Assembly (NCBI GenBank): GCA_048884965.1
Contig: JBHLQH010000016.1
Span: forward strand, 1-64,000
Direction: 5' to 3'
DNA: 64,000 nt
Source of the DNA: Candidatus Thorarchaeota archaeon
GTDB taxonomy: Archaea; Asgardarchaeota; Thorarchaeia; Thorarchaeales; Thorarchaeaceae
Each line of letters opens with the position of its first letter. The stretch's first letter is position 1. The notes beneath the pieces were generated by a model. The model was not told the DNA's origin. It did not search any database and saw only the letters and a program-made list of their open reading frames with translations. Shown here in pieces: positions 56,933 through 64,000 of the stretch. The translations under genes and the position numbers were made by a program.

Positions 56933-57493
56933 CTATACTATTGATTTGACTTCCTCGCCTTTTCGCTTGCGTATGACATAGATACCATCAAGGAAGATAC
57001 GGCGATCTTTGTCACGAATCTTTGTGGCAAGTTGAATATTAGCGGCACTCTGAGATACAGCCTCAATGTCTATTCCTTCGATTATTACTTCATCCTCGGT
57101 CGTCTGGACCTTGACATCACCAATTAGACGTGCGGTCCTAATACCTCTCTCACCGATGAAGTTCTTGATGTGGACAACATCATTCCGGAGCTCAACAGTG
57201 ATTGGGAAGTGCGAATAGACAACTTTCATGGTATATTCGTATCCATGTGTGACTCCTGTGCACATATTGCGGAAGTGTGCAAGTGCTGTACCTACTAATG
57301 CACGGGTTTTCTTTCTGGAGAGTTCTGTGGATGCCACTACCTCATTTCCATCTATTGCTAGTATAAGCTGAGGTTCGGGGAATGTCCTAGTCAGTGTGCC
57401 CTTTGGTCCACTGACTGTAAGGGTCTTATCCTCAAGTGTTACCTTGCATTCACCTGGAATCTCCATGCGCTTCTCGTAAGCTACTCCTGACAT
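56933..57493 (-). CDS. rpl6: 50S ribosomal protein uL6
   Basis: VSGPKG, VYSHFPI, NFIGER, KDRRIFLDGIY. Confidence 0.97.
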   Translation of the reverse strand: MSGVAYEKRMEIPGECKVTLEDKTLTVSGPKGTLTRTFPEPQLILAIDGNEVVASTELSRKKTRALVGTALAHFRNMCTGVTHGYEYTMKVVYSHFPITVELRNDVVHIKNFIGERGIRTARLIGDVKVQTTEDEVIIEGIDIEAVSQSAANIQLATKIRDKDRRIFLDGIYVIRKRKGEEVKSIV

Positions 57494-57506
57494 CTCTCAG
57501 ATCTCC

Positions 57507-57899
57507 TTAGTACACATATGCAAGTAGTCTCCCGCCTATTCCACGGGTCTTTGCCTCTGAATGAGTCATTACACCTTCAGGTGTTGTGACTATCAGTATT
57601 CCATAGTTATATGCTGGAAGGAATTGCTTCTCGAATCTCTCGAATCCATCTCGTTTGACAGGGAATCTTGGCTTGATTACGCCACACCTATTCGTACGGC
57701 CCATCAATTGAATCCGGAACATTCCGGATCGTCCATCATCGATTCGCTCGAATTCTCCAATATATCCTTTCGACTGCATGACTTGCAGTACTCTTTCAAT
57801 CAAGCTTGAAGCTGGAGCCACTACAACCTCGGGCTTACCAACAAGCTCGCAATTGTAGATGCTTGCCATTGCATCAGCCAATGGATCTAGCAGTGTCAT
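57507..57899 (-). CDS. rps8: 30S ribosomal protein uS8
   Basis: [37 protein letters not shown]. Confidence 0.97.
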   Translation of the reverse strand: MTLLDPLADAMASIYNCELVGKPEVVVAPASSLIERVLQVMQSKGYIGEFERIDDGRSGMFRIQLMGRTNRCGVIKPRFPVKRDGFERFEKQFLPAYNYGILIVTTPEGVMTHSEAKTRGIGGRLLAYVY

Positions 57900-57915
57900 T
57901 CTTCTACCAACCTCC

Positions 57916-58086
57916 CTAGCTCATCTTTCGGAAACCGAGCTTCACCGCTGTTTCCCTAAAACAGCGACGGCACATGTTTAGTCCGTATGAGCGGATAATT
58001 GCTTGATGTGTCCCGCAGCGGATACAAGTCCTGCTGCCTTTACCCATCTTCTTCCGGCGTCTTACTCGTTCTTTCTTAGCACTCAT
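57916..58086 (-). CDS. rps14: 30S ribosomal protein uS14
   Basis: Not in ORF track (56 aa): [56 protein letters not shown]; lies between uL5 and uS8. Confidence 0.96.
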   Translation of the reverse strand: MSAKKERVRRRKKMGKGSRTCIRCGTHQAIIRSYGLNMCRRCFRETAVKLGFRKMS

Positions 58087-58097
58087 CTTAGCTCACC

Positions 58098-58682
58098 TCA
58101 GAACAGATATGTCCGCTCACGCTCCTTTTCGAGAATCTCTATCCCGAATTCCGTCTTCACGTATACCATGCTCTCCTCAGGAGTCAATCTGTGCCTGTAA
58201 GGCACCTTTGATCGCTTCTGACGGCGACGCTTTACTCTATAACCAGGGCGCTCGATACAGACAGTGATGTTCATTCCCTGTATGCCCTTTTGTGGGTCAT
58301 ATTTCACATCAGGAATGTTGATGTGTTCATTGATTCCAAATGCGAAATTACCATCATCATCCCAATTTTTGATAAGCAGGACATCGTCTTTGGCCTTGAG
58401 TGCCTTCGAGAGGAATTCTCTGGCCTTTTCATGTCGAAGGGTCACTCTTACTGCAATTGCTTCCTTACGACGGATTCCAAAATCACGAACTGTTTGTTTA
58501 GCACGAGATTGTACAGGATTTTGTCCAGTTATTTCCTCAAGAATCAGGGCTGCTCGACTCAACGGGTCTCCGCCACCGGTACACATATCGACGATCACCT
58601 TTGAAACAAAGGGACGCCTCATAGGATATGCTTCCCAGTCTTCGAGGAACAACTTCTCATTTGGTAATTCTACATCACTCAT
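58098..58682 (-). CDS. rpl5: 50S ribosomal protein uL5
   Basis: ITGQNPV, DFGIRRKEAI..VTLR, GNFAFGINEHI, RPGYRVKRR. Confidence 0.97.
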   Translation of the reverse strand: MSDVELPNEKLFLEDWEAYPMRRPFVSKVIVDMCTGGGDPLSRAALILEEITGQNPVQSRAKQTVRDFGIRRKEAIAVRVTLRHEKAREFLSKALKAKDDVLLIKNWDDDGNFAFGINEHINIPDVKYDPQKGIQGMNITVCIERPGYRVKRRRQKRSKVPYRHRLTPEESMVYVKTEFGIEILEKERERTYLF

Positions 58683-59434
58683 TTAGCGTGCCCTCCTGTG
58701 ACATCAAGACTGATTTTTGGCTTATCTTTGCCCAAGACAAAGACATACTCTAGAGCAGTTTGGAATTTGTTTCCTTCAGGATCTTGTACGGTAACGGTAC
58801 TGGCATGCGTGCCTATCCGTTTCTCAATCTCAACGACTTTTCCTTCCATCCCAACGTTACGACCTTGTGTGACAATTGCATATGCGCCTTTGTCCAGTTT
58901 GATTGTGTCAAGCAATTCCTGTTCAGGAACAGAAATAACAAGAGTATCAAGGGTCTTGTAGTCGGCTGGTTTTGCACTGTCTGGAAGCTGTAGATTGCGG
59001 CCATCATGGAGTGTCAATTGACATTTTCCACCAGGAGCCATCATCTTTCGTTGGATTCGACCTAGTTTGAACTTTGTTTCGGACTCATCTATGGTCACTA
59101 ATCGAAGGCCTCCACGAGTCTTGGGCAGTAGTCTGAATCTATCACCCGAGGACTTGATCTCAACTATATCCATCAATCCAACGGGGAATCGAGGATCCTT
59201 TCGGGGTCGACCATCAACAAAGACGTCTCCTGCGGATAGTATTGCTTTGACCTCACGCATGTTCTCAGCGCGTCCCAATACTTCCCTTAGAAGTATTGCC
59301 AATGTCAGACACTCTTCTTTGCCATGAGGACCCGGAATTGGTTTTGTGGTAAACTTACCGTGCTTTCTCTTAATTGGCCAATTCTTGGGCGCTGGCAAAC
59401 GTTTTAGATGCTTCTTCTGACCTCTTCTTGCCAT
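58679..59434 (-). CDS. rps4e: 30S ribosomal protein eS4
   Basis: KKHLKRLPAP, PGPH, FPVGLMD, LHDGRN. Confidence 0.97.
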   Translation of the reverse strand: MARRGQKKHLKRLPAPKNWPIKRKHGKFTTKPIPGPHGKEECLTLAILLREVLGRAENMREVKAILSAGDVFVDGRPRKDPRFPVGLMDIVEIKSSGDRFRLLPKTRGGLRLVTIDESETKFKLGRIQRKMMAPGGKCQLTLHDGRNLQLPDSAKPADYKTLDTLVISVPEQELLDTIKLDKGAYAIVTQGRNVGMEGKVVEIEKRIGTHASTVTVQDPEGNKFQTALEYVFVLGKDKPKISLDVTGGHAK

Positions 59435-59821
59435 TTACTCACTCTCCGCAACCTGGACTGTCTTTCGCTCCAGAATCTGTTTTCTTTCATCATCAAGTTC
59501 TAGTTTGACAAGCATCAGATTCGAAGGATGCAGCGGAATCTGTGCTTCCTTTCCATCCGATTTTGTTGTTGTCGCACTATCTACATATACTCGAATCTTT
59601 GAATAATCAACTTGGACAATTTTACCCTCAGTGTCCCGGAATTGACCTCGCATAATCCGCACCAGATCACCTTGCTTAGGCACAAGTGATCTCATCGAGT
59701 ACTCTTCACGGAGGAACTCATCAAGTCTGCACTTGAGCATCTTTTTGTGTGAGTGTATCGGTGATTTGTGTATCAGATTGCGTTGTTTTCGAGGGGATTT
59801 TGGACTTACTTTCTTAACCAT
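59435..59821 (-). CDS. rpl24: 50S ribosomal protein uL24
   Basis: SPRKQR, GDLVRIMRGQF, PLHPSNL. Confidence 0.96.
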   Translation of the reverse strand: MVKKVSPKSPRKQRNLIHKSPIHSHKKMLKCRLDEFLREEYSMRSLVPKQGDLVRIMRGQFRDTEGKIVQVDYSKIRVYVDSATTTKSDGKEAQIPLHPSNLMLVKLELDDERKQILERKTVQVAESE

Positions 59822-59831
59822 TCATATCACC

Positions 59832-60254
59832 TTACACTATCTTTGACGCAATAGCTGCAACTCGAGGCCACATCAGAGTGACTTCACGGGCCATGGGCCC
59901 TCGTAGCTCAGAGCCTTGAGGCTCACCGCCAGGCTTGATTAATACTGCAGCATTATCTTCAAATTGCATCCAAGTGCCATCAGGTCTTCTGTAAGGCTTC
60001 TTCTGCCGTACTATGATTGCCTGAAGCACCTGTTTACGAAGTTCTTGTTTTCCCTTTGTGACTGCAACGTTAACTCTGTCACCAACACCAGCTTTTCCGA
60101 GCTTCCGTAGCTTGCCCTTATAGCCGAATACGGTAATTAATTGCAGCTCCTTTGCACCAGAGTTATCGGCGCATAGGATCTTTGCTCCTATCGGGAGTCC
60201 TCGTGCAATCCTCGGGATGAACTTTCGAATACCTCTACCGACCTTCCGTGACAT
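59832..60254 (-). CDS. rpl14: 50S ribosomal protein uL14
   Basis: CADNSGAK, AGVGD, IVRQKKPYRR.DG, FEDNAAV. Confidence 0.97.
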   Translation of the reverse strand: MSRKVGRGIRKFIPRIARGLPIGAKILCADNSGAKELQLITVFGYKGKLRKLGKAGVGDRVNVAVTKGKQELRKQVLQAIIVRQKKPYRRPDGTWMQFEDNAAVLIKPGGEPQGSELRGPMAREVTLMWPRVAAIASKIV

Positions 60255-60256
60255 CT

Positions 60257-60631
60257 TTAGTCCTCCTTAACTACTCCACTTGGAGTGACAGAAACAACAG
60301 CAAAGGATATCGTCTTACTTAGTGGACGACATTCAACAACCTTCACCGAGTCCCCGATTTTGGCCTCTAGACATGGTGGAAGATAGGCATGTTTCTTTGA
60401 ACGTCTTCGTTCATATCGAAGGTACTTCTTGACGAGGCTTAGAAAGTCTGTTTGGAAGGTGATTGCTTTATGCATCTTCACACTCGTAACAGTGCCTTCT
60501 AGAACCCGTCCTCGAAGGGACAAGTTTCCGTGGAACGGACAATTCTCGTCATCACACGTTTTCTCAGGTGGTTCAACATTGGGGATTCCAGTGTTACGAA
60601 CCTTGGTTTCACTCTTAGCCATCTTCACCAT
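60257..60631 (-). CDS. rps17: 30S ribosomal protein uS17
   Basis: CDDENCPFHG, KYLRYERR, ECRPLSKT. Confidence 0.96.
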   Translation of the reverse strand: MVKMAKSETKVRNTGIPNVEPPEKTCDDENCPFHGNLSLRGRVLEGTVTSVKMHKAITFQTDFLSLVKKYLRYERRRSKKHAYLPPCLEAKIGDSVKVVECRPLSKTISFAVVSVTPSGVVKED

Positions 60632-60912
60632 CTCCTGCCATGGCGCTTCTTCATTCTGTCCTCAGGTCGGCCCTGCAATAGGTTGCCATCCACTTGGACG
60701 ATCGTTCCGTCAGGAAGCGTAATTTGAAAGACACAGACTTCTTTCGGAAGGAAAACTTCTCCTTCAGCTGTGTCTAGTTGAATCATCTCCTTTGTTTCTG
60801 CAACAATGGTGCCTTTCTTTGACACATGACTTGGGTCTCGAGAACCAACGATATGGGTTTCAAGACCGATAATCTCGTGATTGAGGATATTAAGAGGGGT
60901 TATCTCACTCAT
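60625..60912 (-). CDS. rnp1: RNase P protein component Rpp29/Pop4
   Basis: HEIIGL, GTIVAETK, LPKE, VDG..L.GRPEDR; canonical position between uL29 and uS17. Confidence 0.93.
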   Translation of the reverse strand: MSEITPLNILNHEIIGLETHIVGSRDPSHVSKKGTIVAETKEMIQLDTAEGEVFLPKEVCVFQITLPDGTIVQVDGNLLQGRPEDRMKKRHGRRW

Positions 60913-61121
60913 TTGGTAGCCTCCAGCTCATCTTCGTGCTGAACTGTAAGGATTCTAGCGATTGCTCGCTTTACAGCACGAGTCTTGTATGGATTATCAG
61001 ATCCACCACCTGTTGCAACATCTACTCTGATGGAGGAAAGCTCATTGTAAAGCTCTTGGAGCTTCTTCTGACGCTCAGCGGGTGTCAGTTTGCGGATATC
61101 TTTCGCTGTAAGCTGTGGCAT
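60909..61121 (-). CDS. rpl29: 50S ribosomal protein uL29
   Basis: DIRKLT..ER..KL.EL..EL, NP, KRAIARILTV. Confidence 0.94.
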   Translation of the reverse strand: MPQLTAKDIRKLTPAERQKKLQELYNELSSIRVDVATGGGSDNPYKTRAVKRAIARILTVQHEDELEATK

Positions 61122-62024
61122 TTATTCGTCGCCTCCCTCATCAAGCCCGTCTAGCTCTTCAAGTTCCTTCAGCGCATCTTCATCAATCTCGACAGGCTTC
61201 CTGTCCAGCTCTGTGTCAGAATCTTCGAATGAACTATCATCCTCTGAAGGCTCATCTGTAGCCTCGGTTTCATCGTCCACAAGTTCTAGACCGTCTAATT
61301 CCTCAAGCTCTCTGAGTTCGTCCAGATCTGTTATTCCCTCTAGACTTTCTTCAACATCCTCTACAGCATCTTCAGGGGTTTCATCCTCTTCAGCAGCTGC
61401 AACGGGTAACTTCTTCCTCTTCTTGGTCTTTGGCTTCTTAACAAAGATGACTCCAGGAAGCTTGGCATCTGGTCGCATGATGCGAACTTTGATTCCAATC
61501 ACTCCAGGCTTCAATACAGCTTTATCATCGGCCTCATCAACAAAGATTGTAGCAGGTTCACCAGTCTTTGCAATTGTTCCTTGCTTGAACTTCTGATAAC
61601 GGGCACGTCTGCTGGATAGTTTCCCACTAACAATAATCTCGCATCCAATCGCACCGGCACGCATGACCCTTCTCAGGATCCAGTAAGCCATTCGTCTAAA
61701 TCGTACACCTCGCTCTAACTGTCGTGCTAGACGAGAGGCCATTACTTGAGCGTTTAGCCAAGGATTCTCGATCTCGGAAACTTCTACTTGCACATTCTCG
61801 ATTCCGAACTCGTTCTCCAGAATGTCTGTGAGCTCTCGAATCTTGGACCCACGTCGTCCAATAACAACTCCAGGACGTGATGCATGAATAACTACCTCAG
61901 TCCTCATGGGCATTTTTCGAATCTCTACACCACCATATCCTGCAGAATTCAACTCAAAGCCAAGAAACTCATCTATAGTAAGTCGTCGAGTGTTCTGTTC
62001 AATAAAGTATTTGATTGCAGACAT
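61122..62024 (-). CDS. rps3: 30S ribosomal protein uS3 with long acidic C-terminal tail
   Basis: AGYGG, RPGVVIGRRG KH domain, GAIGCEIIVSGKL, GVIGIKVRIM. Confidence 0.97.
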   Translation of the reverse strand: MSAIKYFIEQNTRRLTIDEFLGFELNSAGYGGVEIRKMPMRTEVVIHASRPGVVIGRRGSKIRELTDILENEFGIENVQVEVSEIENPWLNAQVMASRLARQLERGVRFRRMAYWILRRVMRAGAIGCEIIVSGKLSSRRARYQKFKQGTIAKTGEPATIFVDEADDKAVLKPGVIGIKVRIMRPDAKLPGVIFVKKPKTKKRKKLPVAAAEEDETPEDAVEDVEESLEGITDLDELRELEELDGLELVDDETEATDEPSEDDSSFEDSDTELDRKPVEIDEDALKELEELDGLDEGGDE

Positions 62025-62491
62025 TATGCCACCTCTTCCAATACAATCTCCACATGGGAAGTGTTCTCAAAGTAAGGGGTACTGCGACCGAAGGCTCTTT
62101 CAATGAAGGCCTTGTAGATACGTCCTCTCTGGGAAGCAGCATGAATGACTCTAAGTCTGTCAATATCCAGACCTTTATTGTCAGCATTCGCTTCCGCGTT
62201 CTTCAGTACCTTGAGAATATATTGTGACGCCTTTACAGGATGTCCACCAGGGCCCCATTTCTTCATTCCAGGGTGATGGCCCCGCTTTCTTTTGTGACGC
62301 CTATAAGGAATCCAGGCTTTCTCCTCGACAACCTGCTCGAGGAGCTCAATTGCTTTGTCCAGCATCATGCCCCGAATTTCAGTGCATATCTCTCTGCAGT
62401 GTTTTGGAGAGCAGCGCATATTACGACCACTAGCAATAGCGGTCCTATCAGGGTCAATGCCGATTATGGAATATCGATATGATGGCATCAT
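62024..62491 (-). CDS. rpl22: 50S ribosomal protein uL22
   Basis: SPKHCREIC, IPYRRH, PVKAS, NAEANA, RAFGR, HVEIVL. Confidence 0.97.
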   Translation of the reverse strand: MMPSYRYSIIGIDPDRTAIASGRNMRCSPKHCREICTEIRGMMLDKAIELLEQVVEEKAWIPYRRHKRKRGHHPGMKKWGPGGHPVKASQYILKVLKNAEANADNKGLDIDRLRVIHAASQRGRIYKAFIERAFGRSTPYFENTSHVEIVLEEVA

Positions 62492-62703
62492 GCCTCACTT
62501 CCGGTGCGTTATCTTTACTCTTTACACCTTGCGTTAGCTAGGTGCGTTGGTAGTACTATATCGTTCTCAACAATCACTCCAGAACCTTCCGGCACACGTA
62601 TGCAAGCGGTTCTCGCGAGCAGAACAAAGTTGCTTGCACTGCTTCCTTCCGTTCTGAAACGACTATTTTCAGAGTTCGACAGAGGTCTGCGCGTTGAAGT
62701 GTG

Positions 62704-62712
62704 CTTAAAAGT
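62704..62712 (-). promoter_or_regulatory. Putative TATA box for the uL22 operon
   Basis: Minus-strand ACTTTTAAG just after the upstream gene's stop; the clearest TATA-like element in the 244-nt gap. Confidence 0.4.
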
Positions 62713-62735
62713 ATTATGAAAGACCACAACTTCTG

Positions 62736-63125
62736 CTAGGGGTTGTTCCCGAATTCAGCAGTGACTCGTTTCAACGCGGGAGTGCTGACTGATCTCTCAA
62801 CAAGTTCAACACCAGAATTAGTAAGAGTTCCTTTGACATAATGTACTCCAGCAGATTGAAGATATACTAGTCCTTTCTTCTTCAAATTACTAAGGCTACC
62901 TAAGACAATCTGAGTTACCTCGTCATCTGAAAGCTCGATTCCCTTTCCAGGAGTCTGCAAAGTTTCGGTCATTTTCAGCACATTTCGAATCGAACTCAAC
63001 TGTCGCCGTTTGCTCTCATATGGATTCGAGAATAGCCATAGCAGTACAATTAGATCAATGACGGACATGCCAATATCTGGATTTGCTTCCAGCGCCTTTC
63101 TTGCAACTAATTCCACTATTGGCAT
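62736..63125 (-). CDS. Hypothetical protein (possible winged helix)
   Basis: Start MPIVEL; LSNLKKKGLV...TLTNSGVELV resembles a wHTH wing. Confidence 0.55.
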   Translation of the reverse strand: MPIVELVARKALEANPDIGMSVIDLIVLLWLFSNPYESKRRQLSSIRNVLKMTETLQTPGKGIELSDDEVTQIVLGSLSNLKKKGLVYLQSAGVHYVKGTLTNSGVELVERSVSTPALKRVTAEFGNNP

Positions 63126-63174
63126 GTGAATCATATCCATTTGATACAGGAATGCTATTGAATGGTTCGAATCA

Positions 63175-63885
63175 TCATATTGCACAGATGTGACCTTGAC
63201 GAGGTTCATAGATTTCTCCAGCACTCATCAATTTCTCCAATGAAGATATTACTGAATTCGATGATATCTGCATCTCTTGGAAATGTGCCAGAACGGAATC
63301 GATACTCAGACCATCCTCTTGGCGTTTCAACAACTCGAGGATTTCTTTACTTACATCACGGGTTGCTTCTTCCGGTTCTCCTTTGGAATCAGGTAATTTG
63401 ACAAGTTTTACAGTCCAGGGTCTAGGAAATATTAGGACGCCACCGTTAGCCATTGTTGTCAATTGCTTCTCAACCCAAGCCCAATCCAAGTTCACTGCTT
63501 CTGCAAGTTCTTCTAACTTGGTCATTGACAAAGGGTCCTTTTTTGCATGGGCCTCAAGGATGGTAAGAAGCCTACCTCTCTTTCCTGAAGGAAGATCTCC
63601 TTCTTCTACTGTCAGATCTTTAACGGAAATCTTCTTCTCAGGGACTAGAGACCTCACACGTTCAAGGGATCGTTCAACTGCCTTGTCGAATTCATCACCT
63701 CCACGAGAGGCATTAAACCGCTTGACGGCTGTTGATGCTTCAGTATGACTATCGACTAGTACAACTGAAGCCCTCGTGATATCAATAATGCTCCCACAAT
63801 AGCTACATCTTCGTTTCTTTTGACCAACAGGGGCATTGGTGAAATTCCTGCACTTAGGACACATGAAGACAAAGAAGTTACTCAA
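63175..63885 (-). CDS. Zinc-ribbon (DUF1922-like) protein with two winged-helix domains
   Basis: VFMCPKC...QKKRRCSYCG; wHTH-like ends GVLIFPRPWTVKLV and GEIYEPRQGHICAI. Confidence 0.7.
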   Translation of the reverse strand: MSNFFVFMCPKCRNFTNAPVGQKKRRCSYCGSIIDITRASVVLVDSHTEASTAVKRFNASRGGDEFDKAVERSLERVRSLVPEKKISVKDLTVEEGDLPSGKRGRLLTILEAHAKKDPLSMTKLEELAEAVNLDWAWVEKQLTTMANGGVLIFPRPWTVKLVKLPDSKGEPEEATRDVSKEILELLKRQEDGLSIDSVLAHFQEMQISSNSVISSLEKLMSAGEIYEPRQGHICAI

Positions 63886-64000
63886 TAATGAAGCACCGAC
63901 CCTGTAATGATATTGCTTGCTTCCACATATAATGTGCTCGAAGTATGTCCCAGATGAATATCATTATATCTTGGAGCGAATCAGCCCGAACTCGAAGGAA

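Noticed and set aside
63878-64000. 3' end of a further minus-strand gene
   Set aside because: One frame is open to the window edge, but it is too short and featureless to call.
1-64000. Mobile elements, prophage, defence systems, rRNA
   Set aside because: No transposase, integrase, capsid, Cas or rRNA signature was recognised by eye; short degenerate remnants could have been missed.

Overview
Gene-dense chromosomal window from an Asgard archaeon, most likely a Thorarchaeota-type genome (inferred from gene content, not from a search). Support: archaeal information genes (TFB, Rpo12, TiaS, Cbf5, eL14/eL34/eL32/eL19/eS4, GGGP synthase) occur alongside eukaryote-signature proteins (two-domain gelsolin, roadblock/LC7, Arf-like small GTPase, Get3-type ATPase, EMC3/TMCO1-like protein). 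The left half holds sugar-phosphate genes (tpi, FBP aldolase/phosphatase, class I aldolase), an hdrA-mvhD/hdrC/hdrB/hdrA cluster and assorted enzymes. The right half holds the uS13-uS4-uS11 cluster, an RNA-processing block and the long uL22-to-Cbf5 ribosomal superoperon, which is interrupted by several inserts. Features absent from the ORF track but read from the sequence: partial tpiA, uS14, an intron-containing tRNA-Ser(GGA), the RNase P RNA and a 32-aa single-TM ORF just behind get3. No CRISPR array, rRNA or mobile element was seen. Best candidates for novelty: (1) an apparently ATPase-dead MCM-derived protein, plus a second protein ending in the same winged-helix motif; (2) the get3 plus mini membrane-protein pair; (3) an Hsp20 gene built into the ribosomal operon; (4) a structured leader with three repeated motifs ahead of that operon; (5) a radical SAM enzyme with a Cys-rich insert inside its cluster motif. 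All family calls are by eye from motifs; no searches were run.
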